DNA of 64,000 nucleotides from a virus (IMGVR_UViG_3300044981_000022:1-64000), one strand, 5' to 3'; shown: positions 39,602 through 51,075, numbered from the stretch's first letter. Notes: generated by a model from the sequence alone, not told the origin. A program made the numbers and translations.

Positions 39602-39926
39602 CAGAACCTGTCTTCAAAGCCTCGGTAGCCTGACGATTCTGCTTTGCAGCTTGCGCAGCTTGTGCTACCTTAACAGCATTACCTTGATCGATCAGTGGCT
39701 TCTGGAGAATGTTATGTACTCCTGTAGCCACATTCTCTATCTCACATTTATCTGAGCAATAGAAGAACTTTCGGCCATCGGGGGTACTAACTTCTCGGTG
39801 GGAGTTCAACCACGGATGTTCCTGGATCGCAGCTTTCTGACTCTCGGGTGTAGGTTCGAAAGTGGCAGTCTTATCACAGCCAGTTCTATCGCAAGTTACT
39901 GTAATGAATGTTGTTTGTGTTTGCAT
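39588..39926 (-). CDS. hypothetical protein
   Basis: 112 aa; 'CDRTGCDK...CSDKCE'. Confidence 0.35.
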   Translation of the reverse strand: MQTQTTFITVTCDRTGCDKTATFEPTPESQKAAIQEHPWLNSHREVSTPDGRKFFYCSDKCEIENVATGVHNILQKPLIDQGNAVKVAQAAQAAKQNRQATEALKTGSGVTL

Positions 39927-40484
39927 CTAATTTATCCTTTTATTGTACAGCTTTTCAAAACGATCTAAAAACATCCTCTCTGCATACCGAGGGGACCATT
40001 CTTCAATGATTATGTCCGCTCTATTTTCTACTAGGAACGGGTCGGACAAATCAAAATTAACTCGCGGAAGTAATTGAAACTGTTCTGTGTACAACATTGA
40101 TTGATCGGCAAATTTTACAGATTCGGGTTCTATGATTGATAATCCACAAGCTTCGTAAATCAAGTTTTGGATGGGCCATTCGACTCGACGGTATGCTTCT
40201 CCAGCAGACGTGTAATACTTCAATGGTCTTGACATGTCCCCTAGATAACTTTCGGACATATCATGGGCCAAGCGCCACAGCGCCTCATTATCGGGGCCTA
40301 TAAAACTACAATAGTAAGCATGTTGGGCGATGCTGTAAAAGTGCCGTGTATGGCCGGTCCAGCGACAAAGCATCGCTTGGGCGTGCGCGATATCCTCAAA
40401 GTCAATCATCTCTAATTCAGGTTTGAGTAGATTGAATTTCTTTCCTGTGTACGTTATGATATATGACTTCTCTGGATTATTCAT
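39927..40484 (-). CDS. hypothetical protein
   Basis: 185 aa. Confidence 0.4.
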   Translation of the reverse strand: MNNPEKSYIITYTGKKFNLLKPELEMIDFEDIAHAQAMLCRWTGHTRHFYSIAQHAYYCSFIGPDNEALWRLAHDMSESYLGDMSRPLKYYTSAGEAYRRVEWPIQNLIYEACGLSIIEPESVKFADQSMLYTEQFQLLPRVNFDLSDPFLVENRADIIIEEWSPRYAERMFLDRFEKLYNKRIN

Positions 40485-40672
40485 TTCTTCAACGCTTTAT
40501 TAATACTGTAATAGTCTCCGCAAACAGGACATAAGACAGCGATTCGTTCGGGATTCAAATCCTTAACTAATCTCTCGTGGCCATTCGAACAAGCGATTGT
40601 ACCGGTGATTCCCGGCTTGACTTGATGCTTGGTTTTGATCTTCACTTTTGCAGCCCTCTCAAGTACTCGCAA
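40481..40672 (-). CDS. zinc-ribbon small protein
   Basis: 63 aa; 'CSNGHE...CPVCGDY'. Confidence 0.3.
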   Translation of the reverse strand: MRVLERAAKVKIKTKHQVKPGITGTIACSNGHERLVKDLNPERIAVLCPVCGDYYSINKALKK

Positions 40673-41346
40673 AGTGTAATTGCAAACTCTCCTAGCAACG
40701 CTTGGTGCCCGTGTGAATTCTTTATGTAAAAATCGAAATTATAGTTATCCAATTGAGTCTCGCTTGGGTGGTCAGCCGGTCGTGATGGATCAACAAACAC
40801 CGAGCCATCTTTATTCAGACGCTGTACATTGACGACATATCCGCCGCGCTGCTTAATCGCTTCGGCTTCGTCCAAGAATCGGACATCTGTAATCAGCGCG
40901 ATGTCTAGATTACTCGGCATTGATGCGAACAGCTTTTTGATCCAATAGTCTTGGCCGTTACGATTACGACGGTACTCAGTACCCCAGAATTGCAACAGCT
41001 TCGGGTGCTTACCATACGGAGCGATCTCTGACTTCTCCGGATTCGGATCGGGTTTTACCCATTCGGGAATCTGAACATGTGTATTAAAATTTGTCTCGTC
41101 AGGAGGGATTATATATTGCGCCAACGGTGAGTACTCTAATCCGTCTTGGGTTGTCACTTTCAGCCAAGAATTTACTTCCTGATATAGCGCACCAGCGTAC
41201 TTGAAGATTCCAACTTTGATTGAACCCTTCCAACTAGGAAGATGCTTCAGCCGAGATTCATTTTGATCCTCATAGAAGTCACGAATCGCTTGAGCCGCAG
41301 TATCCTTTCCGTGTCTCCCTTTGTTTCCAAAGCCTATTAATAACAT
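40642..41346 (-). CDS. deoxynucleoside monophosphate kinase (T4 gp1-like)
   Basis: 234 aa; 'LLIGFGNKGRHGKDTAAQAIRDFY' resembles T4 gp1 'IFLSGVKRSGKDTTADFI..Y'. Confidence 0.55.
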   Translation of the reverse strand: MLLIGFGNKGRHGKDTAAQAIRDFYEDQNESRLKHLPSWKGSIKVGIFKYAGALYQEVNSWLKVTTQDGLEYSPLAQYIIPPDETNFNTHVQIPEWVKPDPNPEKSEIAPYGKHPKLLQFWGTEYRRNRNGQDYWIKKLFASMPSNLDIALITDVRFLDEAEAIKQRGGYVVNVQRLNKDGSVFVDPSRPADHPSETQLDNYNFDFYIKNSHGHQALLGEFAITLCEYLRGLQK

Positions 41347-41558
41347 TAGTAGATAGCCTGTGCTACAAGAACTGTTTGTAGGTCCTTTATGTCATTAGTC
41401 GAGTTTTCTGCAAAACCTTCGGGTCCGCCTGTATCGAATTTCACGTAAACATTTATACTTCCTGCATATCGATAATCGTTGAGTTTGATTGAATCTTCGA
41501 CACCGGTTACAACACCGAGTCCCCAAACCGGATGTGATACCTGCTGGCCTTTAGTCAC
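41346..41558 (-). CDS. small hypothetical protein
   Basis: 70 aa. Confidence 0.3.
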   Translation of the reverse strand: MTKGQQVSHPVWGLGVVTGVEDSIKLNDYRYAGSINVYVKFDTGGPEGFAENSTNDIKDLQTVLVAQAIY

Positions 41559-42055
41559 TAGATTCCTACCTTGTAAAGTGTAATCGCGTACTTCGCTAGT
41601 ACTTCATTCAAATCCGGTGGCATCGATACCAAACTGTAGCTACTCAGAATTGAATTTCGAAGGTCTTCATCTGAGATTGTCTTATGTCCCTTTTTGGTAT
41701 TCGCTAACATTGATATCGCTCTAATGTTTTCATCAGTTGATAAGCCGCCCTTGGCTCCAGGTTGAATATGATCCAGTGTCAACGGGCCTACTAACTTAAA
41801 TGGACCGCCTCCAATACCTCGATACCAATCCGTTTCTTTCCAATTCGTGATAGGGCAAATGAAATTCACTTGAGCACGTTTTGCGTAACGAACAAACGGC
41901 GGAATCCAAGCTCTCGAATGCGTCGGGTCAACCGGGAGATATTGTTTATACTCTATGTTCCTGGTTGGGAACATTCTTTCTTCGGCTTCCGATTGCGCTT
42001 CGAATGGGAGATATTTAGCCCAATGTTCCCGTGCCCTGATTTCTTGTTCAATCAA
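41558..42055 (-). CDS. HNH nuclease domain protein
   Basis: 165 aa; 'TLDHIQPGAKGGLSTDENIRAISMLANTKKG'. Confidence 0.5.
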   Translation of the reverse strand: MIEQEIRAREHWAKYLPFEAQSEAEERMFPTRNIEYKQYLPVDPTHSRAWIPPFVRYAKRAQVNFICPITNWKETDWYRGIGGGPFKLVGPLTLDHIQPGAKGGLSTDENIRAISMLANTKKGHKTISDEDLRNSILSSYSLVSMPPDLNEVLAKYAITLYKVGI

Positions 42056-42056
42056 C

Positions 42057-42803
42057 TTAAACCTTCTTTGCTCCCGCAGACCACCACCCTGAACAATTCT
42101 GACACTGGTAGCGTTGTTTCTTTCTTAAAAGTGTGTATTCGAATCCTCGCTTCTGTACATTGTGGCTAGAACACTTCGGACATGCTTGCAGGTCACCTTG
42201 ATTCACATTTGGGTGATTGCGGTCCCACGCTCTGATTAGATAGTAGACCTTCTCCAATAGCTCTACATCGTGCCCGTTGTATTCCTTCATTTTAACCCAA
42301 GCTTCTGGGTCCCCGGTCATGCAACCACGCCACAAGTGAAAACCGGTTGTGGGAAGCTTGCGGCCTACTCCTAGATATCTTCCGAGATCATCCAATTTAT
42401 TCGAATCGAACATGAAAACCTTACGTGCAATTTTCAATGTATCGATGGTCTTATACGGTGTTGGGGGCGGAAGCTTGTGGGTCAAAAATCTTGTGTTAAT
42501 CTTCGGCAAATCAAATGAATCCCCGTTATGGGCAATCACTATGTCTGCCTCATTCAGAAGCTTCCATAACTTCTTCATTAATGCTTTGTCATTCTCAAGA
42601 TGTCTCTTATATCCCGGCAGATCATCCAAGCCGAGTACATGCACTTCGTTCTCATGTGTCCACTTATAAGCGAACGAAAGTACATACCAATCCGCTTTAA
42701 AATCGATCACATTAGTTTGCCATTTCGCCCACACGAATCCGAGCGAGGGTGAAGTTTCTATGTCTAAGAACAAAATCTTTGCTGGTGTCGCTTCGCTTTG
42801 CAT
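42057..42803 (-). CDS. RNase-H-fold 3'-5' exonuclease-like protein with C-terminal zinc ribbon
   Basis: 248 aa; 'ILFLDIETSP', 'IAHNGDSFDLPKI'; 'CPKCSSHN...CQNCSGWW'. Confidence 0.5.
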   Translation of the reverse strand: MQSEATPAKILFLDIETSPSLGFVWAKWQTNVIDFKADWYVLSFAYKWTHENEVHVLGLDDLPGYKRHLENDKALMKKLWKLLNEADIVIAHNGDSFDLPKINTRFLTHKLPPPTPYKTIDTLKIARKVFMFDSNKLDDLGRYLGVGRKLPTTGFHLWRGCMTGDPEAWVKMKEYNGHDVELLEKVYYLIRAWDRNHPNVNQGDLQACPKCSSHNVQKRGFEYTLLRKKQRYQCQNCSGWWSAGAKKV

Positions 42804-42986
42804 ATATCCTCAAACTGCATTAAGATAACTACTATTCTTTTTACAGCTTGGTTCATTTATTTTCGTGGGGGTGACGTTCCCATACCGTTTCGAGAGGCAG
42901 ATCGCTTCTGTAACTTCTCCAAGCGGTAATGCTGAATAAAATGAACTGTCCGAAACTTGACAACGCACCGAGAACGATTATGAATT

Positions 42987-43712
42987 TCATACTTTAGGAA
43001 CAAACAACCCACCAACAAAGCCAGCGATTGCTCCCCACTTAAAACCATTCAGCCAAGATTTCTTTTTCTCTAATTTTAGAGTCTTGACATCATCGGCATG
43101 TGCGTGCTGCTCTGCAATTAACGCTAGTATTCCGTCCCCTACTTGATTCTTCAAACCTGTAATCAAGTCCGTTTGTTTGTCCGTCAACTGAGAACAGGCA
43201 ACTAGCTTAGTATTCAAATCTTTAACATCTCCCTTCGCTTGCTGTAGGTCCTCTAACGAGTCCGCATCTGCATGAGCCGCATCAAGCGAATAACTAAGTG
43301 TCGAACCGATAGGAGCAGCCTGAGTCTCCACAGTGATTGTTCCCACTCCCAACAACTGATGGATACGGGAAGCCAGGGCCGCAGCATCAGATTTATCATC
43401 TGTCTGCTTTTGAGTCTGGGTAGATGTCGCTCGCTGTTGCATTGATTGGGCCAACTGCGCAGATAGCTTGTCATATGAATTTTGTAGCTGCGCCAATTGG
43501 AGATTGATTTGCTGGTTTGCTGTGGAGTCATTTTGAACCTTCTGCGCCGCGATTGTTGCTTGCTGATTTGCAATTTGCGCTTGAACCTGATCGTGCTTAA
43601 TCAGATAGTCGTATGCTTTGTTTACACCGAATGCGCCGAATACAAGCACACCCGCAAGTAGGAGCAATCGCTCATGCGCTTTTATCCAAGTTACATAGGA
43701 TGTGAGATTCAT
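42987..43712 (-). CDS. membrane-anchored coiled-coil protein
   Basis: 241 aa; N-terminal TM, Gln/Ala-rich coiled coil, C-terminal TM. Confidence 0.4.
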   Translation of the reverse strand: MNLTSYVTWIKAHERLLLLAGVLVFGAFGVNKAYDYLIKHDQVQAQIANQQATIAAQKVQNDSTANQQINLQLAQLQNSYDKLSAQLAQSMQQRATSTQTQKQTDDKSDAAALASRIHQLLGVGTITVETQAAPIGSTLSYSLDAAHADADSLEDLQQAKGDVKDLNTKLVACSQLTDKQTDLITGLKNQVGDGILALIAEQHAHADDVKTLKLEKKKSWLNGFKWGAIAGFVGGLFVPKV

Positions 43713-44120
43713 CTATTTGTTCTCTCTATGGGTACGATATTTCTTTAGCCATGCCCGAAAACGCTTTGTACGCCCTTTTCGTCCGGTCATCTTACCTGGG
43801 AACCCTTGTACAATGCGTCCCAACGCCTCTGTAGCGGGATATGACGTGAGATATAACCCGGCACGAGTAAAGTGCCTAGCCGCCCATTGCCAACGGGGGT
43901 CCTCGGCTTTACCGAGTCCACGGTTACAAGAACTGCAAAGAATTCCTCTCACAACCCCTGTTGTATGATCGTGATCCGTGTGTGGCTTGCGAGGAGGGAG
44001 TATCTTACGCTCGCAGATAAAACATACCTCTCCCTGATAGGTCAGAATCCGGTCCCATTCGGAAGGGGTTAAATCAAATGCTTGTTTTAGGTACTTTGCA
44101 CGTCTTTCGCTCGCGCCCAT
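43713..44120 (-). CDS. recombination endonuclease VII (T4 gp49-like Holliday junction resolvase)
   Basis: 135 aa; 'CFICERK...HTDHDHTTGVVRGILCSSCNRGLG'. Confidence 0.75.
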   Translation of the reverse strand: MGASERRAKYLKQAFDLTPSEWDRILTYQGEVCFICERKILPPRKPHTDHDHTTGVVRGILCSSCNRGLGKAEDPRWQWAARHFTRAGLYLTSYPATEALGRIVQGFPGKMTGRKGRTKRFRAWLKKYRTHRENK

Positions 44121-44153
44121 AGTGTCATAAGATGACTGTATGGGTACGATATT

Positions 44154-44531
44154 TCAAGGATCGAGATGATTTTTAGGCAGGCTCAGGACATCAGGATCGG
44201 ACATCGGATTCCCTAATCCTATTAAAATCAACACACGGGCATCCGGCGCGTGCTTAGATTGCCAATTATGGTCATGAGCAATCTGCTTCAGAACGCTAAT
44301 TGTATCGGACCAGTTTCTGCCTGGATTGTAACCGTGAGCCGATAGCGCCGTTCTGATTTGTTGCTTGCGTTTCGGATCGGGTTCCCGCTGTTGTGGTATC
44401 CCTAAAGTGCTCCAAAACAGAATCGTAAACCCGATGATTAAAACGCGCTTTAGATGTGTCATTTTGTAATGGGAATTGTAGTCGTGCCCGGCCTGTAATC
44501 GAAGACCAAACATGGATATAACCGTTCGCAA
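44154..44531 (-). CDS. secreted hypothetical protein
   Basis: 125 aa, signal-like N-terminus. Confidence 0.35.
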   Translation of the reverse strand: MRTVISMFGLRLQAGHDYNSHYKMTHLKRVLIIGFTILFWSTLGIPQQREPDPKRKQQIRTALSAHGYNPGRNWSDTISVLKQIAHDHNWQSKHAPDARVLILIGLGNPMSDPDVLSLPKNHLDP

Positions 44532-44961
44532 ACAGCATCCTGCGACGGTATCCCAGGGTCTGATTCAGTTCACTTCGTTTCAGGCTCCCATGCCGAGGCG
44601 GAAATAATCGGCTTAGTAATTGCTCCACGAATTTCATCGAGTCTCCTAAGCTTCTTTAATTTTTGTTCAGCATGAAATAAAATGAATCTTAGCGACATCT
44701 CCGAGTTTGTAATAGAATTGACGCGCCTCGTGAACGATCCGTTGGGGAACATTCTGAAAAAGCTGATTATCTTGACTTCGGGTCCGTCCGCTGCCGGGTC
44801 CTTCATGTTGATCTCCTAGAATCGTCCCGGAGCCGAACATAATCGCTAAATGGATATCACAATTATGCTCAACGTTCCGGGTGTGTTGAATCATTTGTTT
44901 GTAGCTCCGAACCCCTGGGGACTTAAATGACGGTTCGGGATGGTAACGTCTTTCGCGCATA

Positions 44962-45333
44962 TCACTTCCTCGCTTTCCGCTTTCGTTGATACGCTTCGAT
45001 ATCCTTGATCAGTTTCTTAAATACGGGAATATTACTCGGTGAAATAACAATGTGTGTAGAATCGGGGAAATGAACATAAGGGTCCGTATTATCTCTAGTT
45101 GAGATGCTGCCGTTGTTGCCTACATCAATTAAGATTGCTCCGAATTGATTTATCTCAACATTCATTTCCAAACCGCAAGTCAATGTGATTCGTTTCTTCA
45201 TTTTATCTCCTACGCTCGATATCCTGGATTCGCTTGTTTGGTAACAACTTCCAACGGATGGCACAGCGTACAGGTGTCTGCACGACCTGCCGGAGTGATC
45301 CACGGTGCGGGGATGTAAACACCGTGATTGCAC
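44962..45333 (-). CDS. hypothetical protein
   Basis: 123 aa. Confidence 0.3.
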   Translation of the reverse strand: MQSRCLHPRTVDHSGRSCRHLYAVPSVGSCYQTSESRISSVGDKMKKRITLTCGLEMNVEINQFGAILIDVGNNGSISTRDNTDPYVHFPDSTHIVISPSNIPVFKKLIKDIEAYQRKRKARK

Positions 45334-45866
45334 TTCAAACCCGGTGCTTGGACTTCTGTTAGCCCGGACGGAGGAATATTAATCAGTTGCACGGGTCCCG
45401 CAGTAAATGAACTACGCAGTGCTTTGTTCTCGACAGTTTCAGGAAGTATGATCAAATGACGTGAGCCGCGCAATTCTGTGTAAGTGTCGATGCGTTGTTC
45501 TAATTCTTCACGTTCTTCCAGAGGCATCGATGCTGGTTGGAGTATTTGCATTGAAACCTCGACTTCGGTGCCGTCCGCAAAACCAACAAGAACAGTTTGC
45601 TTGCGCTGCCAACTGATTCTTTCGGTCTTCGGGTCCTTGACTGGCAAAAATTGTGGGACATAATGGATCACGCCGTATTCGTCGTTTACTTTAACCCCTT
45701 GGCCTGCGAACAAATGTAATGTCATTTCATTTTCTCCTGCGGTCTCTCCCGCCGTCTCTTTGTTTTCTCGTATTCGTGAACCATATCGAATATACAGATA
45801 AACACAGCCAAGACAACAACACTGACTATAATTATCCCGCCCATTTATTGTTCGTGAATAAACCAT
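45210..45866 (-). CDS. hypothetical protein
   Basis: 218 aa; start uncertain, overlaps the previous ORF. Confidence 0.35.
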   Translation of the reverse strand: MVYSRTINGRDNYSQCCCLGCVYLYIRYGSRIRENKETAGETAGENEMTLHLFAGQGVKVNDEYGVIHYVPQFLPVKDPKTERISWQRKQTVLVGFADGTEVEVSMQILQPASMPLEEREELEQRIDTYTELRGSRHLIILPETVENKALRSSFTAGPVQLINIPPSGLTEVQAPGLKCNHGVYIPAPWITPAGRADTCTLCHPLEVVTKQANPGYRA

Positions 45867-46102
45867 TGTACAGATTTTTGCTTCTTAACAGCCGCTGCGG
45901 TCCCGCTGGACTTCGGACGGCTGGAAACCAAAACAGATACCATAGTCTGAATGCTCCCATTTGTGCCTATCACTTCCTGGAATCCTTCTACCGTGCGGTG
46001 TGCTGCCCGCAAAGCAATTGCTAATGGAGTCGTCAGAGGATCGGTGTTCCGATGGAAGATATGAACATCTAATTGTTTGTCCAAGGCTTCTTGAATGGTC
46101 AT
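45845..46102 (-). CDS. hypothetical protein
   Basis: 85 aa. Confidence 0.3.
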   Translation of the reverse strand: MTIQEALDKQLDVHIFHRNTDPLTTPLAIALRAAHRTVEGFQEVIGTNGSIQTMVSVLVSSRPKSSGTAAAVKKQKSVQWFIHEQ

Positions 46103-46119
46103 TTGACGCTCCCTAAGAT

Positions 46120-46521
46120 TTAATTGATGAATTCGATTTCATCGCCATTCTTTGCAAATTCTTCCTTTAACTGCGCCTCGCGCAGACCATCAGATATCTC
46201 AGAATTGTCATTAATTGCATAAGCATTTTGCAGTTTGTCGTGGTTCTGCATCCATGCAGGGAATAAACCCACTACATTTCTTTCGTATGCTATTCCATAC
46301 AATCGAGCAACAGTGTCTTTGTTTAACAATTCTTGATCGGTACAACCGACCTGTTGCCCAACAAATCCGATACAACACCGCTTGCCGTCGGGAGTCAAAA
46401 GTCTACTTTGAGCAAAGCCTTGTCCACGGTACCACTTTGTACGATCTACGATGAATTTCATACAACCTCCTGAATTTAACTCCCAAAATGCCTCGGTGGT
46501 GCTCGCTTGGCAACGGGGCAA
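46120..46521 (-). CDS. hypothetical protein
   Basis: 133 aa (probably starts at the internal Met giving 'MKFIVDRTKWYRG'). Confidence 0.4.
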   Translation of the reverse strand: MPRCQASTTEAFWELNSGGCMKFIVDRTKWYRGQGFAQSRLLTPDGKRCCIGFVGQQVGCTDQELLNKDTVARLYGIAYERNVVGLFPAWMQNHDKLQNAYAINDNSEISDGLREAQLKEEFAKNGDEIEFIN

Positions 46522-46966
46522 TCCGTTTCAGGTACTTGCACCTGATGCCACCGAATTAGGGTAGTAGGTTTCGAACCCACGTCCACTTGTGCGCCACTCC
46601 ATCCTGTTTATTCGGTAACTGAGCATGTTGTACTAGTATTCATGCTGTCGCCGCAGTCTGGTGTCCATCTAGCACTAAGCCGGGTACTCTCCGCAAACCC
46701 GGTTAAGGTTTTACCCTCAGTAAGACCGGCTTCCCACGTCTGCGGCTATTGCATATTGCGTTAGCCCGTTTCGCTCTGAGCCGGTCTTACAGAGAGGGCG
46801 ATTGCTCGCCGTCCCTGGTTAGTATGATTCTTAACACCGTCATTTAGATTTTCTTTAACCTGTTTAGTTACTACCGGTCATAGAGCCTCCTAGTGTTCAG
46901 CTTAACAAAAAAAAAAAGGTGATCCTCTGCCGTGTCTGCGGCATTTTGTATCCCGTGGATCAACGG

Positions 46967-47203
46967 CTACAACTTCGTAACGTCTCTCCAGGTCCAGCCA
47001 CTTCCAACTGGAAGCGCGTCTAAAACTTGTGCGGTACTGTCAGCAAGCAAATGAACACTCTCGGTGCCACGAACTATGACAGTCAATCCAGCTTGTTCGA
47101 GCCATTCAGCAGCTTGATTTACTAGAGTAGGACCGGTCCAGAGTCTGTATTTGTTCATTGTCGCCTCCATAGAAATAATCTCACAAACCCGAAAACGTGT
47201 CAA
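46967..47203 (-). CDS. hypothetical protein
   Basis: 78 aa. Confidence 0.3.
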   Translation of the reverse strand: MTRFRVCEIISMEATMNKYRLWTGPTLVNQAAEWLEQAGLTVIVRGTESVHLLADSTAQVLDALPVGSGWTWRDVTKL

Positions 47204-47206
47204 GCT

Positions 47207-47435
47207 TTATTTTATGACCTTCCACGCTGCGAATTTCTCATTGAAATTGCCATGTCCGAATTTCTGGTTGTTGATTACACACCACGACAAAAATTCAGAC
47301 AGCATGTTATATTCTGCCAAGGTCAATGATTCTTCAATCGGGCCGAGTGCAATCGAAGGGTTATAGCTTCCGGTTTGCTTGACGGCCATTAATAAGAGAA
47401 CTGCGAGATGTTTCTTCATTGAATCCTCCCTAGAT

Positions 47436-47449
<14 letters not shown>
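47207..47449 (-). CDS. hypothetical protein
   Basis: 80 aa. Confidence 0.3.
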
Positions 47450-48272
<823 letters not shown>

Positions 48273-48345
48273 GTTATTCTCCTCTAGGTGTTCCCTAGCG
48301 TCCGTGCTCCAGAGAGCACAAACGGCGGGGAACTCCCGCCTTTAA

Positions 48346-48714
48346 TTAAAAACTAAAATCGTGATACTTATCACGTTCTCCGAATCGAACACCTGTGCTG
48401 CCCTTGCTTTCAATCCATCGGCCAGTCTTACGCAATGTAAAGACATGAATTGCACCGAGAGGATCGGGGAGATAGCTGTATTCCTGAGATTCACTCATAC
48501 CGTTCTTGTCAGTCCTAGTAGCTTTGTCAATCTGAACTACGACTTTGCGCGGAGTGAGCACTTTGATTACCGTACCCGCTTCGCGGTCGCTGTAGAATGT
48601 CAATGTAGCGCCGTCACCTACTTTCGGTGTCGCTTGCTTGACGTGTTCCATCAATCGGTTTGTCAGACTGCCGTACACTTTCATTGTACCTCCTAGATTT
48701 ACCGAGAAACTCAA
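48346..48714 (-). CDS. hypothetical protein
   Basis: 122 aa. Confidence 0.35.
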   Translation of the reverse strand: MSFSVNLGGTMKVYGSLTNRLMEHVKQATPKVGDGATLTFYSDREAGTVIKVLTPRKVVVQIDKATRTDKNGMSESQEYSYLPDPLGAIHVFTLRKTGRWIESKGSTGVRFGERDKYHDFSF

Positions 48715-48749
48715 TGAAGCCTACAGTCGCAATCTGTAGGCTTGAGGAG

Positions 48750-49676
48750 TTACTTGGTCTTGAGTTCGGCCATCTTTTCAGATAGCGCCCAAATAGCCTT
48801 GTTCAACTTGGTATCCTGATCAATGCTCTTGACTGAACGGGTCCGGGCACGTCTGGTACCTTCAAACTGATTCGTTTCGGGGTTGCGAACTTCATGGGTG
48901 TAACGCTGTCCACCGCGAACAAGATTCTCTTGGATGCGGTTGTTGACTGTCCACAAATCATTGCCGTTATCGAGATACCGGCGAGATTCGAGCAACCGAG
49001 CCGGTTGGACTGATTGCTGGTGTTCATCAAATCGCAAACCCCATGCGGACTCTGCGAGTGCAAGCTGTTCTGCTTGACTAAGCAGAATTTGCTGCCAGCG
49101 GGAGATTGTTTCGCGGATCAGATTGACGTTTTCAAACATCCGAGCGGTGCCTTCCAGGACCTGTTCAACGATGTTTCCGGTGTGTCGGACTCGGATTGAT
49201 TCGACCAATGAATCTGCAACAACCAAACCGTTAGAGCAAACCAAACGGAAGACGCCGAGGGACAGTACGTACTTAGACGTGCCGTCATGGGAGTTGATCA
49301 AAACAGCTTCAAGCCGGGAGTCGCCAACGGTCGTCAGGGTATTGTCCGAAGATTGAAACCGAAGCATATGCTTGGTAAACATTCCTTTGCCGGGAATGCG
49401 TGATTGGGATTGTGTCGCCATAACCGGGAAGTATCCGGATTCACGCAACGTAGAGATTACATCAGTAGTTGGAATAAACGCATAACGGTCGGATTGCTTT
49501 TCGTAAGGTTGTCCAGCGAAGACCGAGGGTGCCAGTTTCTGGATTTGTTCGTTGCTCAGTGGTTCGTTATTGCGGTTGCGGTTCGACATTTGATTCTCCT
49601 CTGCGCCGGTGGCGCTAATCGATTTGATGTAATGAGTTTGGCAGATTCGAGAAACCGTGTCAAGTACTAAATTCAA
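48750..49676 (-). CDS. DUF932-like phage/plasmid protein (putative)
   Basis: 308 aa; 'SDRYAFIPTTDVISTLRESGYFPV' resembles the DUF932 N-terminal signature. Confidence 0.4.
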   Translation of the reverse strand: MNLVLDTVSRICQTHYIKSISATGAEENQMSNRNRNNEPLSNEQIQKLAPSVFAGQPYEKQSDRYAFIPTTDVISTLRESGYFPVMATQSQSRIPGKGMFTKHMLRFQSSDNTLTTVGDSRLEAVLINSHDGTSKYVLSLGVFRLVCSNGLVVADSLVESIRVRHTGNIVEQVLEGTARMFENVNLIRETISRWQQILLSQAEQLALAESAWGLRFDEHQQSVQPARLLESRRYLDNGNDLWTVNNRIQENLVRGGQRYTHEVRNPETNQFEGTRRARTRSVKSIDQDTKLNKAIWALSEKMAELKTK

Positions 49677-49692
49677 AATGAGAGTACTAGGA

Positions 49693-50043
49693 CTATCGGT
49701 TGTGTTGTTTCATCCAGGTGTCGATAAACTCACCTAACGATTGTGCGAAGTCAACAGCTAACTGATACTCGCCTTCGTTGAATGCAACCTTGGCCGTAAT
49801 TGCAGGCCAGCTTGACGCTCCTCCGAATGCGGATTGTCCTGATCCATTGTAATTGCTTCGTAGTTCGATGTTGTGGACCGATTCGTAATGAGTTTGTTTT
49901 GCTGCGAATGTTCCTTTGCGTTTGAATATCGGTTGATCGAGATCATCTTTGTATTCATTATAATTCACATTTATAGAGTGATAATCCAAGGCCCAACCAT
50001 CTGGGACAACGATGTTTGTTTTACCGTAGGTATATTCGCTCAT
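49693..50043 (-). CDS. hypothetical protein
   Basis: 116 aa. Confidence 0.35.
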   Translation of the reverse strand: MSEYTYGKTNIVVPDGWALDYHSINVNYNEYKDDLDQPIFKRKGTFAAKQTHYESVHNIELRSNYNGSGQSAFGGASSWPAITAKVAFNEGEYQLAVDFAQSLGEFIDTWMKQHNR

Positions 50044-50184
50044 TGTTTGCTCCGTTTCGGCTTTCGTTTGAGAAGCTTGTTCAGATAATCCGCTTCGCGC
50101 TGATGAATCTCTCGCTCATTCCTGAACAGCACACCATCTTTGCGAACATATCGATGCGCTCTGACGATATCCATCCAAGTAAGT

Positions 50185-50715
50185 TTAGTCTTTGTCATAA
50201 TCCGACACACCGATATCATGTGCTCTCATAGGATTGGTTTCACCTGGAGTTACAGGGCGGACTGTCCAGGTGTCGGGAGTGAACACAGACTCTGGAGTTT
50301 TAAATTCATCATTGAACCACAATGCTTGAGCGAATGCATGGTTTGTTACGGCGATCAACAATTGTTCAATGTCTTCCTCGATCAAGATATTCAGGTGGCG
50401 AGAGTATGTAGAGTTCTCGACATTTTCGTTGCGAACCATCAAATGATCCGCGAGTGTTTCGACGGTTCCCTTAAATCTCATATTCATACTAATTTCCTTT
50501 CTTCGATTGTCGGGGTTAGATTCGATGTTCGATATCTCAGGAGTGTAGTCAATGCGGCGTCCGCTTCTTTCCAGGTCGAATAATCTGATAGACCAACGTC
50601 CACTTCTACCCGTTGCCTTCGTGTGCCTCTGCCCAGCGTTCGCCCGCGTTAATCGCATCTTGCTCATCGCGCTCACATTCCGCGCACAATTGACCAAATT
50701 GATTTGGCTGTTCAC
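50185..50715 (-). CDS. hypothetical protein
   Basis: 176 aa. Confidence 0.35.
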   Translation of the reverse strand: MNSQINLVNCARNVSAMSKMRLTRANAGQRHTKATGRSGRWSIRLFDLERSGRRIDYTPEISNIESNPDNRRKEISMNMRFKGTVETLADHLMVRNENVENSTYSRHLNILIEEDIEQLLIAVTNHAFAQALWFNDEFKTPESVFTPDTWTVRPVTPGETNPMRAHDIGVSDYDKD

Positions 50716-50899
50716 AGTTAGGGCAGAATTTTACCGAGTCGTCGTGAGATGGCTCGGGTAGTTCATTATCTTGGTCAGCTTCAGCTTGACATTCCGCACA
50801 GAGCACGGTGTCAATATCCGAATCCAATTCCTGATAATAAACTTCATAAACTTCTTTTGTGCATCCGCAGATACAGTTGCAATGGGTTGGCTTTGTCAT
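50606..50899 (-). CDS. Cys-rich zinc-finger protein
   Basis: 97 aa; 'CNCICGC...CAEC...CPNCEQ...CAEC'. Confidence 0.3.
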   Translation of the reverse strand: MTKPTHCNCICGCTKEVYEVYYQELDSDIDTVLCAECQAEADQDNELPEPSHDDSVKFCPNCEQPNQFGQLCAECERDEQDAINAGERWAEAHEGNG

Positions 50900-51075
50900 A
50901 TCTGTTACCTCCGTGCTTCACAGTGTACATAACTACCGTGCAGGAGTCAAGTACAATCTGCATGGCAGACTAAAATAATTAACGAAAACAAAGGACTTAA
51001 AGTGCTGTGTTTTCATAAGGGAGTTAGCTATATAATTCCCAATTCATCCTTGACCATAACTACCGATCGAATGGC

